Translations under genes and position numbers: made by a program | Origin: a virus | Reading direction: 5' to 3' (one strand) | Length of the DNA: 64,000 bases | IMG/VR virus record: IMGVR_UViG_3300045988_099631 | Coordinates: 1 to 64,000 of that record | Notes under the pieces: model-generated | Database searches by the model: none | The model's input: only the letters and a program-made list of their open reading frames with translations | What the model was told of the DNA's origin: nothing | Shown here: positions 36,661-44,812 of the stretch, one piece after another | Position numbering within the stretch: position 1 is the stretch's first letter | Layout of the letters: each line of letters starts with the position of its first letter

Positions 36661-36690
36661 TTGTCAACTTTGCTTTACAGGGCATACTAT
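36661..36690 (+). promoter_or_regulatory. Candidate repressor-gene promoter
   Basis: TTGTCA, 18-nt spacer, TACTAT. Its -10 overlaps the -10 of the leftward promoter. Confidence 0.4.
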
Positions 36691-36714
36691 ATCACATGTT
36701 TTATGTGATTTCAA
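36686..36714 (-). promoter_or_regulatory. Candidate leftward early promoter (PR-like)
   Basis: TTGAAA (36709-36714), 17-nt spacer, TATAGT (36686-36691) on the minus strand. The spacer is operator copy 1. Confidence 0.45.
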
Positions 36715-36738
36715 GTAATATCACATGTTTTATGTGAT
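36691..36738. promoter_or_regulatory. Two identical 19-bp palindromic operators
   Basis: ATCACATGTTTTATGTGAT at 36691-36709 and 36720-36738. A half-site AATCACATG is at 36593-36601. Confidence 0.6.
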
Positions 36739-36771
36739 TTTGTATGTCTGCACAAATCTGGAGGTATATTT

Positions 36772-37173
36772 ATGTCTAAAGAGCCAAATATCAAAAGCAG
36801 TTCAGAGGACGAGGTGCTTGAACGCATTCTTTTCCTAATCGGTGACAAGCACGGAGGGGCATTGGAGCTTCTGCGTGCAATCGACGTAAAAGCAAAAAAC
36901 GTGGTAACAGAGTGGAAAGCAGGAAGGTCGAAATCGTACATGAAATACCTTCCGAAGATTGCAGCTTTCTATGGCGTTTCAGCTGACTGGCTTTTGACAG
37001 GCAAGTCCTTTGTTTCTCCTGATGTGCAAAAAAATAGCCCCGGCACCACAAATGATGCCGAGGTTGACGAGCTTGTCTCTTTATTCAATCAGATGTCTGA
37101 ATCCAATCGTTCCAAATTTCTTGAGCTTGGTCGCACCTTTGTAGACGAGCAACGCAAAACCGAAGGAATCTGA
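36772..37173 (+). CDS. cI-like repressor
   Basis: 133 aa with GGAGG RBS, divergent from the Cro-like gene. Contains …KIAAFYGVSADWLLTG, the end of an XRE HTH. Confidence 0.55.
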   Translation: MSKEPNIKSSSEDEVLERILFLIGDKHGGALELLRAIDVKAKNVVTEWKAGRSKSYMKYLPKIAAFYGVSADWLLTGKSFVSPDVQKNSPGTTNDAEVDELVSLFNQMSESNRSKFLELGRTFVDEQRKTEGI

Positions 37174-37258
37174 AGAGTTCTTCTTTATTGTCAGTTTTCC
37201 GCAAGAGATTCTTGGATTCTTTGTCAAGATTGATTGTGTTCTGTACTTTTTTAATTCC

Positions 37259-37462
37259 ATGGAGGTTATTTATTTGGGAAACAATATCAATGAGCGCGAT
37301 CAAGCAGTGCTGGACGCGCTTGATGAAAACATCAAGATTGCTCCAAGCATCGGAGTCTGTGCAGATACTTTTTATGCTTTAAAGCAGGAATTTCTTCGTG
37401 TCATGAAGGAACGTAATGATGCCTTGGAGAAATTGCAGGAGGCATCCCATCATGAAGTGTAA
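37259..37462 (+). CDS. Small hypothetical protein between repressor and integrase
   Basis: 67-aa ORF. A better start may be TTG 37274, 8 nt after GGAGG. Overlaps the integrase start by 11 nt. Confidence 0.3.
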   Translation: MEVIYLGNNINERDQAVLDALDENIKIAPSIGVCADTFYALKQEFLRVMKERNDALEKLQEASHHEV

Positions 37463-38582
37463 ATCCTGTGGCCGTGAAATTGAAGTCAACTCTATGTTCT
37501 GCAACTGGTGTGGAGAAAAACAGATAAAGGAACGGAAGAAAAAGGATGAAATAAAAATACCATCTCCAAGAAAGTTGGCAAGTGGGAACTACCGCATTTA
37601 CCTTGATGCAGAGAAGCAGAGTATCACCGAGCCAACAAAAGCGCTCTGCGTAGCAAGAGCAAAAGCGATTCGGGCTGGTTTCATTGAACAAAAGAAGCAC
37701 TCCACTCGACTGACAGTTGGGGACGCCATTGACAAGATGATTGCTGAACGTGGACCTTCACTTTCCCCTTCAACCCGCCGCAACTATATATCGTATAGGA
37801 AAAACCATTTTCTCAACTTTATGAGTCGAGACATCTCTGGCATTTCAAAGAGCGAGTGGCAGATAGCCATTGGTGAAGAATTGGAAGATTGCGCACCTAA
37901 AACCGTTTGTAATGTATGGGCACTTATTACTGCCACAATGAATTATCTGGATGTTGACGTGCCCACTGTGACTCTCCCGGCATTCAAAAAAGGTGGCCTT
38001 CCGACTCTCGATTTTGAGCAGATTTTGGTCTTTGTTAAGGCTATTCGTGGAAAGCCTATTGAACTTGGTGCCCTTTTAGCGTTGCATTCTTTGCGCCGTT
38101 CTGAAATTATGGCTATTACCCATGACGATTTTCATTTTGATATTAAAGGTTCCGAATATATTTCAGTTGCTGGAGCAATCGTTTATGATGAAAACGGGAA
38201 ACTCGTTCGCAAAGACACTAACAAATCTGAGAAATCTACACGCCCTGTTCCAGTCCTCATTCCAAGGCTTCTTGAAATCATTCCGGATAACGATCCAATA
38301 ATTGATTGCTACCCTAATACGCTTACTCGTAGGATCAATAGCGTTTGTGCAGAAAACACTCTGCCACAGGTTGGTGTTCATGGACTGCGTCGTTCTTTCT
38401 GTTCCCTTGCCTACCATCTCGGTTGGAGTGAGGAGCGCACCATGCGTGTCGGCGGCTGGAATGACATTAAAGTCGTTCATGAGTGTTACCTTCAAGAATC
38501 TGCAAAGGACAAGAATGCTGCGACCGACAAGATGCGACGATTTTATCTTGGTAACTTGATTGAAGACGACCCCAATAAATAG
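37452..38582 (+). CDS. int: Tyrosine integrase with N-terminal zinc ribbon
   Basis: 376 aa from ATG 37452. CKSCG…CNWCG, then LALHSLRRSE, HGLRRSF and VVHECY (R…HxxR…Y catalytic pattern). Confidence 0.8.
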   Translation: MKCKSCGREIEVNSMFCNWCGEKQIKERKKKDEIKIPSPRKLASGNYRIYLDAEKQSITEPTKALCVARAKAIRAGFIEQKKHSTRLTVGDAIDKMIAERGPSLSPSTRRNYISYRKNHFLNFMSRDISGISKSEWQIAIGEELEDCAPKTVCNVWALITATMNYLDVDVPTVTLPAFKKGGLPTLDFEQILVFVKAIRGKPIELGALLALHSLRRSEIMAITHDDFHFDIKGSEYISVAGAIVYDENGKLVRKDTNKSEKSTRPVPVLIPRLLEIIPDNDPIIDCYPNTLTRRINSVCAENTLPQVGVHGLRRSFCSLAYHLGWSEERTMRVGGWNDIKVVHECYLQESAKDKNAATDKMRRFYLGNLIEDDPNK

Positions 38583-38601
38583 ATGCACGCAAAAAGCTGG
38601 C

Positions 38602-38612
38602 AAAATCGGCAC
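38602..38612 (+). repeat. Arm-type repeat AAAATCGGCAC (left of core)
   Basis: Same 11-mer as the two copies at 38830-38852. Confidence 0.5.
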
Positions 38613-38671
38613 AGATTTCTGCACGCTAATTTTTTTCTCATATATATATAACGATTTGCTATGTTGGTAGG

Positions 38672-38697
38672 GGGTTCGAATCCCGACACTCCGACCA
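38672..38697 (+). other. att core: 3' end of a tRNA (T-arm half, acceptor strand, CCA)
   Basis: GGGTTCGAATCCCGACACTCCGACCA. There is no matching 5' acceptor strand upstream, so this is not a complete tRNA. A G72/A73 end is typical of tRNA-Pro (tentative). Confidence 0.55.
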
Positions 38698-38706
38698 AAT
38701 AAGGAA

Positions 38707-38740
38707 GCTCGTAATCTTCAATGATTACGGGCTTTTCTTT
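38707..38740 (+). terminator. Intrinsic terminator after the integrase/att core
   Basis: GCTCGTAATC / GATTACGGGC stem, 6-nt loop, TTTTCTTT. Confidence 0.6.
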
Positions 38741-38829
38741 GTGTGCCAACGGTTTGCGGTCTTTTTCCTTGCAAGCAGTTTTTCATTTACTTGCATTGGT
38801 TTTTTAGTTCTGTAAGCGTTTTTTGCCTC

Positions 38830-38852
38830 AAAATCGGCACGAAAATCGGCAC
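38830..38852 (+). repeat. Two tandem arm-type repeats AAAATCGGCAC (right of core)
   Basis: 38830-38840 and 38842-38852. Confidence 0.5.
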
Positions 38853-38863
38853 GAAATTGAACG

Positions 38864-38890
38864 CAAAAATGGGACTGCATTAGCAGTCCC
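38864..38890 (-). terminator. Intrinsic terminator ending the right-arm operon
   Basis: GGGACTGC / GCAGTCCC stem, 4-nt loop, followed by ATTTTTG on the minus strand, 7 nt after the stop at 38897. Confidence 0.55.
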
Positions 38891-38896
38891 ATTCAC

Positions 38897-39112
38897 TTAT
38901 TCTGTAGGTGGAATCACCACATCGTAGTCCGTCAACGCCTCTTTCCGAACGTCTTCTTCGTCCTGAAAAACGCCCATTCCGACGAGCTGCCACATGAGGT
39001 CGTGTATTGCTTCTGTGCGAATCACCCGTTTCTTCTCTGCATAGTAGAATTTCGGGATTTCAAAATAGCTCTCGAAAAACGCTGTTACACGTTGAAGGTA
39101 ACTACATTCCAT
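38897..39112 (-). CDS. Hypothetical protein
   Basis: 71-aa ORF. Confidence 0.35.
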   Translation of the reverse strand: MECSYLQRVTAFFESYFEIPKFYYAEKKRVIRTEAIHDLMWQLVGMGVFQDEEDVRKEALTDYDVVIPPTE

Positions 39113-39356
39113 CTATCTTCCCTCCACGAAGCGCGCAAATCAACGACCACTCGCCATCTGGGATGATCTGCATTGTTTTCCCGTATCCGCTGTGAACTTT
39201 GTTGTTGTCGATTGCATCCGGCATCAGAGGTTCGAATACAGTTTGATACTCTGCAAAATCCTCGTTCCACGTTTTCTCAAACGCTTCAAAAAAGAGTTCT
39301 CTCAGGCGTTTGAACTGTCGGCTTCGCTCAAATCCGTCCATTCCCTCCCATTTCAT
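39102..39356 (-). CDS. Hypothetical protein
   Basis: 84-aa ORF. Confidence 0.35.
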   Translation of the reverse strand: MKWEGMDGFERSRQFKRLRELFFEAFEKTWNEDFAEYQTVFEPLMPDAIDNNKVHSGYGKTMQIIPDGEWSLICALRGGKIDGM

Positions 39357-39961
39357 TTTCCGCTGCTCCCGAAGCCATTGTCTCCGCGTTCTGTCTTTTC
39401 AAGAGATTCGACCTCAACCAGTTCAACACGCTCATATGGAATGATAATCAACTGCGCAATCTTGTCCCCTTCTGAAACGCAGTAAATCTCGTCGCTTGTG
39501 TTTACGAGCGTTACCATGATTTCGCCGGTATATCCCACGTCGATTGTTCCTGAGCATATGATTCCATGATTCCGAAGCAGGCCGCTCTTGGCTCTGATTG
39601 CGCCGAAGTACCCCTTCGGGATTTCGACATGGATGCCGGTGTGGAAAGTGCATCTTCCGCCGGCTGGAATATAATTTCCCTTCGACGCATATAAATCCAT
39701 GCCGGCATCGTCCTGATGCGCATACGTCGGGGTCTTCGCACTTGGTTCTTTCACATAGCGCACACGATTGTCCTCAAATTTTGCGGTTTCAAGAAATCTC
39801 GCCGCAAGCTGTTCTTGAATACCGTGCATGTCTTCGTGCTGCTGCATGAGCGCGCCCTGCAAGAATCCGCGCCAGTACGCGCATCCAGTTCCATTTTGGT
39901 TTGCTTCTGCATCAATTTGTTTCATTGCCGTTTCGACCACTGTTATTTTGTCTTTTTGCAT
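39353..39961 (-). CDS. dut: dUTP diphosphatase with ~55-aa N-terminal extension
   Basis: 202 aa from ATG 39961. AGMDLY, RAKSGL, GTIDVGYTGEI, GDKIAQLII and RGDNGFGSSG are the five dUTPase motifs. Confidence 0.75.
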   Translation of the reverse strand: MQKDKITVVETAMKQIDAEANQNGTGCAYWRGFLQGALMQQHEDMHGIQEQLAARFLETAKFEDNRVRYVKEPSAKTPTYAHQDDAGMDLYASKGNYIPAGGRCTFHTGIHVEIPKGYFGAIRAKSGLLRNHGIICSGTIDVGYTGEIMVTLVNTSDEIYCVSEGDKIAQLIIIPYERVELVEVESLEKTERGDNGFGSSGK

Positions 39962-40299
39962 TAACGTTTTCCTTTCCCTGCATAGTTGAATTTCTTTATA
40001 TACGGATTCCGTTCCAAGAACGGGGTGAAATTCTTTCCGTATGCTTTTTTCAAGATACGGTCTATCTGTTCCTGCTTGTAATCTGCTTCCACGCGTCCAG
40101 TCCACGCATCCCCATATTCTTGATCGAGTTCCATAACGCGTCTGGCGATTTTTTCTTGCCGTTGTTCTCCAAACCCTTCTTCATAAAGCGCGATAGAAAA
40201 GAAGTCTGCCGCCTTTTGAAAACCGGTGTCAACACCAATGGTCAGTTCAGTTTGCCTTGCAATCGCAAGTTTCTGCGCGTATGTGAGTCCGTTTCCCAT
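39961..40299 (-). CDS. Hypothetical protein
   Basis: 112 aa from ATG 40299 (TAATG overlap). Confidence 0.4.
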   Translation of the reverse strand: MGNGLTYAQKLAIARQTELTIGVDTGFQKAADFFSIALYEEGFGEQRQEKIARRVMELDQEYGDAWTGRVEADYKQEQIDRILKKAYGKNFTPFLERNPYIKKFNYAGKGKR

Positions 40300-40493
40300 T
40301 ACAATCCCTCCGTATAGCATGAGCGGATTTTACTCCCATTCCAGAGTGAGAATTCCACGGTGTAGAATCTTCTCTTTGGATGAACAAAAATGACCTTTCC
40401 GTAGAGCGTCTTCTTTTCACTGTTGAACTGATTTATATTTCGTTCTGGGGCAAAGCTAACGACCTTTTTTACCGTTTGTCCTAACTGTACCAT
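40299..40493 (-). CDS. Small hypothetical protein
   Basis: 64 aa from ATG 40493 (GGAGGA RBS). Confidence 0.35.
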   Translation of the reverse strand: MVQLGQTVKKVVSFAPERNINQFNSEKKTLYGKVIFVHPKRRFYTVEFSLWNGSKIRSCYTEGL

Positions 40494-40653
40494 TTTTTCC
40501 TCCATCTTTCGGTTTATAAACCCGACCGTCTTTGTATGCCTTATAGCCGGCTTTTATCATGCTGCGGATAGTATCATCCGACGGGATGCAGAATTCATAA
40601 TCCGTCTCCATCATGCCTTTCCCGTCCAACGCTCTTACGATTTCAAACTTCAT
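40456..40653 (-). CDS. Small hypothetical protein
   Basis: 65 aa from ATG 40653. Confidence 0.35.
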   Translation of the reverse strand: MKFEIVRALDGKGMMETDYEFCIPSDDTIRSMIKAGYKAYKDGRVYKPKDGGKNGTVRTNGKKGR

Positions 40654-40894
40654 GATCTTCCCTCGCCCAGCGGTCATCTATGATCTTCCGCATGGTCGTT
40701 TGCCGGTAATCTTCCCGGATAAACGCAGCTATCGGCGCTTCGTCTGGCATGGCCTCGATTTTTTCAACGCACTCATTGTGAATGTACGTTGCAAAGCCGT
40801 CGTACCAGATATCGTCATCCGGATAGATTTCCGCGCCGCACCATGCACACATACCGGTTGCCGAAGTCTGTTGCTTGTCTTCAAACGCCATCAT
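40643..40894 (-). CDS. Small zinc-binding protein
   Basis: 83 aa. CAWCG…H.EC. Similar in layout to the next ORF. Confidence 0.35.
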   Translation of the reverse strand: MMAFEDKQQTSATGMCAWCGAEIYPDDDIWYDGFATYIHNECVEKIEAMPDEAPIAAFIREDYRQTTMRKIIDDRWAREDHEV

Positions 40895-41138
40895 TTTTCA
40901 CCGAATCCTTTTCCTGCAGCGGATTTATGAGCGTCATATTTTCACGCATTTCATTCCTGAGTTTTGTATATCCCGGCATATTTGGTGTCTGTTCCTCTGC
41001 GCAAACTTGGTGTATGCAATACCCGCGTATGAAATAGCTGCCATCGTCGAAATAGAACGCTTCTTCGTCCAGTATTTCTTCTCCGCACAGTTGGCAGTGT
41101 GTGCTAAAAGCCTTGTCACGATATTCTTTTAACATCAT
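40881..41138 (-). CDS. Small zinc-binding protein
   Basis: 85 aa. CQLCG…CIHQVC. Confidence 0.35.
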   Translation of the reverse strand: MMLKEYRDKAFSTHCQLCGEEILDEEAFYFDDGSYFIRGYCIHQVCAEEQTPNMPGYTKLRNEMRENMTLINPLQEKDSVKNDGV

Positions 41139-41685
41139 TCTCTCCTTCCAGATTTCCGGCGCTCCCCATGCGAATCGACTGCAAGAGGGCCTGTACTTCC
41201 TGCGGTAATTTTGTCTGTTCGCGTTCTCTCTGCTGAACCATTCTAAACGACCGTTGGATATTTGATGCTACAACGCTTTGCAGAGAATCAGTATCCAGCA
41301 ATGCCCACTCACTAAGCTGTTGTGGGCTGCCAACAATACGCTGAAGCGTAGGACTCAGTTTGCTGAATTCCTCTTGCGCTCCATATATACCATTCCGGCA
41401 CGCAGCAGATATTTTGGCCCACGCCTCCATTTCGGAAAGGTCATCATCCTGCATCAGTTTTCTCATTTGTTCCTTGATTGTTCCGATATTTGGTGGAAAC
41501 TCTCGGTTGCTTGCTACGATGATAGATTTCACTGCCGCTGCAACAAGCCTTGGGTCATCATCTGTGAACATTGAAGCCCACAAGTTGAGCGTATCGGTTA
41601 CATCTGAATCCGATACATTCCGGTAGAAGTTTGGATAGGCCGTTCGTAGCACAGCAAGGATTTTTCTTGTTTCGTCTCTTGTCAT
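41116..41685 (-). CDS. Replicative helicase loader (G40P-loader/inhibitor family)
   Basis: 189 aa. ILAVLRTAYPNFY…LW..MF.DDDP.LV.AAVKS.I…..FPPNIGTIKEQM fits that family. Confidence 0.55.
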   Translation of the reverse strand: MTRDETRKILAVLRTAYPNFYRNVSDSDVTDTLNLWASMFTDDDPRLVAAAVKSIIVASNREFPPNIGTIKEQMRKLMQDDDLSEMEAWAKISAACRNGIYGAQEEFSKLSPTLQRIVGSPQQLSEWALLDTDSLQSVVASNIQRSFRMVQQREREQTKLPQEVQALLQSIRMGSAGNLEGENDVKRIS

Positions 41686-42575
41686 ATGTCCTCCCGTAAA
41701 AATGGATTGCTGCTGGACGCTTCGCGTGTGGATTGCGTTGCCGGTTGTGCTTTTCGGTCAAGCCATTCCCACACTATTCCTTGATAATTCGACGCCATGG
41801 TGCGTTCAATAACATCATTGACTGCCTGTGCTCCGTACTGGGCTACCTTCTTTTTCACCACCGTCATCAAAGACTGTAAGCCACGAGGGGTGTAGAATTC
41901 TTTGCGCTCGGTTTTGTATTCAAGCCAATTCTGCATTTGTACTTGAACCAGCGAAGGCAGCTTAGACATAGCCGCGCTGATCTCATCGGAAACTGGCTGC
42001 GTTTTTCCTCCCCTTTCCCCCGTACCCCCTTTTCCTTCTTTTTCTTTATTACTAGAAGTAGAACTAGAATTAGAAATAGAATTAGAAATAGAATAAGAGG
42101 GTAGATGTGCTGTAGATGTTCCTGTAGATTCTACATCTGACTTTGCATTATCGCTTGTATCTTCTGATTTCAGTTTCTTTGACAGCCGCCATTTTGCTTG
42201 GCTAATTCTTTTTTGTTCTCGGATTTTTGCCAGTTTATCTTCATTCTGATACATCATCCAATTCGACAGGAGGTATATATCGTCAATGATTTCAACCATG
42301 CCCTCATTGATGAAGAATTTCATACAGAGATCCAATTCTTCCGGTGTTCGATCAATCATGACCGCTATATCGCTGATTGACTGAAACGGAATTTCCCTTG
42401 AATTTATGAGGAATCCGGAGTGATTGCATTTGCCGGCGAAGTCCAGCAACTCAAACCACACAGCCGTCAGTTTATCGCGGAAGCTCTCGCCACCGATTTT
42501 GGCTTTTTTGATTTTCTTGAAGCTCTCACCGTCAAACATTCCGACTTTGAGCTTAATCCATTGAACGTTATCCAT
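41682..42575 (-). CDS. Phage replisome organizer
   Basis: 297 aa from ATG 42575. WIKLKVGMFDGESFKKIK…VWFELLDFAGKCNHSGFL…LSNWMMYQN matches the replisome-organizer N-domain. Confidence 0.65.
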   Translation of the reverse strand: MDNVQWIKLKVGMFDGESFKKIKKAKIGGESFRDKLTAVWFELLDFAGKCNHSGFLINSREIPFQSISDIAVMIDRTPEELDLCMKFFINEGMVEIIDDIYLLSNWMMYQNEDKLAKIREQKRISQAKWRLSKKLKSEDTSDNAKSDVESTGTSTAHLPSYSISNSISNSSSTSSNKEKEGKGGTGERGGKTQPVSDEISAAMSKLPSLVQVQMQNWLEYKTERKEFYTPRGLQSLMTVVKKKVAQYGAQAVNDVIERTMASNYQGIVWEWLDRKAQPATQSTREASSSNPFLREDI

Positions 42576-42771
42576 AGGTTCGAACTTCCGGCGCAACAAA
42601 TGTGGGCTTTGCCAACACCCAATATCCTTTTCTAGCTGCGATGTCCATGATGCCCCCAAGTTCTTCCTCAGTTAGCATTCCCAAGTCAATCATCGGCGCT
42701 TCTGGATCAGCAAAATTCCCCAAACTTTCATCGGCAAAAATTCTTGTTTCAAACTTCAAAGTCATTTGCAA
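42568..42771 (-). CDS. Small acidic hypothetical protein
   Basis: 67-aa ORF. Confidence 0.35.
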   Translation of the reverse strand: MQMTLKFETRIFADESLGNFADPEAPMIDLGMLTEEELGGIMDIAARKGYWVLAKPTFVAPEVRTYG

Positions 42772-42777
42772 CCTCCA

Positions 42778-43203
42778 TCAAAATGGCAGATCATCTGCAT
42801 TCTCATCCAGCATCGTGAATCCTTCCGGAACATCAGATGCCGGTGCCGGTACTGTATGGATTGGTTTCGACGTTCCGTCTGCCTGCTTGCTCCCACAGAA
42901 ATAGACTCGTTCAGCTACAATTTCTGCGTTGCGGCGCTTATTACCATCTTTGTCCGTCCAGTTACGGATTTGAAGCTTACCATCAACCACAGCCATGCTT
43001 CCTTTGTCAAGATACTTTCCGACAAACTCTGCCGTCTGATTCCATGCGTTCACATCGAGGAAGTCTGTTTCACGCTCTTGTCCTTGAGTTGCATAGTCGC
43101 GTTCAACAGCAAGCGTAAAACTTGCCACAGACTTTCCGCTCTGTGTCACACGCATTTCTGGCTTCTTTACGATTCTTCCTTGTACAGTGATTCTGTTTAA
43201 CAT
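42778..43203 (-). CDS. ssb: Single-stranded DNA-binding protein
   Basis: 141 aa from ATG 43203 (GGAGAG RBS). OB-fold N-terminus MLNRITVQGRIVKKPEMR and canonical acidic tail DDLPF. Confidence 0.8.
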   Translation of the reverse strand: MLNRITVQGRIVKKPEMRVTQSGKSVASFTLAVERDYATQGQERETDFLDVNAWNQTAEFVGKYLDKGSMAVVDGKLQIRNWTDKDGNKRRNAEIVAERVYFCGSKQADGTSKPIHTVPAPASDVPEGFTMLDENADDLPF

Positions 43204-43312
43204 TTTCCACTCTCCTATTTCATTTAGATGCGTGCGTCGCGCCCACAGACGCCACACACGCCGTTTGTACGTTCTTTGTGTGTATTTTCACATTCTGGCG
43301 TGAAAATGTCCT

Positions 43313-43522
43313 CTAAGCCGCTCCAAGCGCTTCAAGAACGGTAAGCGCGCAAAGCACAGTTCCCACAAGAACCGCACACACGCCAATCAGGATGTTTCCA
43401 AAGCGCTCCTTTGCTGTCTGCCCAAAGCGCGAAAGCTGAATGAATAGCGTACCACCTGCGATGCTTGCGATTGCGGAAAGTGCTGCAAACAGCAAGTACG
43501 TTTTTCCGTTCATCTGACGCAT
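43313..43522 (-). CDS. Small two-TM membrane protein (holin-like?)
   Basis: 69 aa with two hydrophobic helices. Lies near the SleB-like hydrolase. Confidence 0.35.
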   Translation of the reverse strand: MRQMNGKTYLLFAALSAIASIAGGTLFIQLSRFGQTAKERFGNILIGVCAVLVGTVLCALTVLEALGAA

Positions 43523-43719
43523 TTCATCCCCTTTCGGATAAGTTCACGCTGTCTTTTTGTGAATGACTTCGTTGGGGACAGCGACTTTCTGTCGTTTGCG
43601 CTCATTGCCTTGTACATGTTGTTTTCGTCTTGATAGGCCAAATATGCTTTGCACCATCCATGACATCCAATTTCGCGTTTTTCGCACCCTTTACACGGTG
43701 CTTGAATGACTGCGGCCAT
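43510..43719 (-). CDS. Small Cys-rich protein
   Basis: 69 aa from ATG 43719 (GGAGGA RBS). CKGCEKREIGCHGWC. Confidence 0.35.
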   Translation of the reverse strand: MAAVIQAPCKGCEKREIGCHGWCKAYLAYQDENNMYKAMSANDRKSLSPTKSFTKRQRELIRKGMKCVR

Positions 43720-43733
43720 ATTTCTACGTCCTC

Positions 43734-44405
43734 CTATCTGCAAAAGTATATCCCGTCCTGATATGCTACAATTTCTGTTCCTTGAATGTTCTCTGACTGA
43801 AACACCACGTCTTCTGGGAGTAGCCGTTCTCCAAGCAGCACACGTTCCGCGCATTTGTACGCCCGCTCTACTGCTTCTTTTTCGCTTGGGTTTGACGCAC
43901 GCTCGTCCCAAATGACGCCAGTCCAGTAGAACGTGTTGTATTGCCTTTTCTGGGTCAGCACCGCTTCCATTGTGTCTGGATACCATTCGCATCGCATCCG
44001 ATTGAGGATAACATTTCCGACCATGATGCGGGTTTCGTCGCTGCAGTCATTCCCGCCAGCCTCGGCGTAAATTGCCCGTGCAAGCAGTTCAAGACATTGC
44101 GGGTCATCTACAATAAATCCGCCGGCTCCGCCGATGCCGTCTTTTGTGTGGGGTGGGTTGCAGAATTGTGAATAGTCAGGTTCTGTTTCGGTATCAGGTT
44201 CCTGCTGTTCCTCTTGTGTCGGCGGTGCAGTGTCCTCTGGGTTTTCCAGATCATTCAGGTTTTCTTGTGCAGTAATAGGCATTTCAGTGTTAATTTTTGA
44301 TTCTGCTTTGTTGGCAAGCGCTTGCTCGATATCGCGCTGAAAAATCATCATTGTGATTGATGTGAGGACGAGGATCACGCAGACACAGAAAAGGAATTTT
44401 CTCAT
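43734..44405 (-). CDS. SleB-type cell-wall hydrolase with N-terminal membrane anchor
   Basis: 223 aa. N-terminal hydrophobic helix. LLARAIYAEAGGNDCSDETRIMVGNVILNR…AVLTQKRQY is the Hydrolase_2/SleB signature. Confidence 0.6.
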   Translation of the reverse strand: MRKFLFCVCVILVLTSITMMIFQRDIEQALANKAESKINTEMPITAQENLNDLENPEDTAPPTQEEQQEPDTETEPDYSQFCNPPHTKDGIGGAGGFIVDDPQCLELLARAIYAEAGGNDCSDETRIMVGNVILNRMRCEWYPDTMEAVLTQKRQYNTFYWTGVIWDERASNPSEKEAVERAYKCAERVLLGERLLPEDVVFQSENIQGTEIVAYQDGIYFCR

Positions 44406-44812
44406 GCTACCGGTCCTCCTTCTCTAGCTTCTGCATCAAGAAGCTTTTGCTTCGCTCTGTAATATTGGCTATTTTGAACGGACAGCCCCGGATGCGCTGC
44501 GTAGTACGCTCGTTTCTTGGCTTTGATTTCTTCCGCGTGTTCAGCGTAATAACGACGATTATATTCGCGTCTGTCCCGATTTCTTTCACGTTCCGCGCGG
44601 CGTTCATCAGCTTTTCCGTCGTACCATCCAATGTGTTTGTAGCTTGCTTTGTAGCAGCTTTGGCAGCAATAGTAAGTGACTGCTTCTTTCTTGCCATCTC
44701 GTTCGATCATTCTCAGAAACGGAGAACCCGCGCTTGTAACAACCATCTGTCCGCACGTCCCGCACGGGCGAAGCAATGTCAATCTTCGGTCAGTCTGTCT
44801 TCTTACACTCAT
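44402..44812 (-). CDS. Zinc-ribbon/basic hypothetical protein
   Basis: 136 aa from ATG 44812. CGTCG…CCQSC followed by an Arg/Glu-rich tail. Confidence 0.35.
   Translation of the reverse strand: MSVRRQTDRRLTLLRPCGTCGQMVVTSAGSPFLRMIERDGKKEAVTYYCCQSCYKASYKHIGWYDGKADERRAERERNRDRREYNRRYYAEHAEEIKAKKRAYYAAHPGLSVQNSQYYRAKQKLLDAEAREGGPVA

Noticed and set aside
38640-38697. A complete tRNA gene next to the integrase.
   Set aside because: Only the 3' ~26 nt are tRNA-like. T-stem positions 49-50 do not pair, and no CGGAGTG 5' acceptor strand exists ~70 nt upstream. It is an att core, not a gene.
43285-43306. 7-bp inverted repeat TTTTCAC…GTGAAAA upstream of ssb, considered as a terminator or operator.
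   Set aside because: The stem is short, there is no U-tract, and it occurs only once. The evidence is too weak to call.
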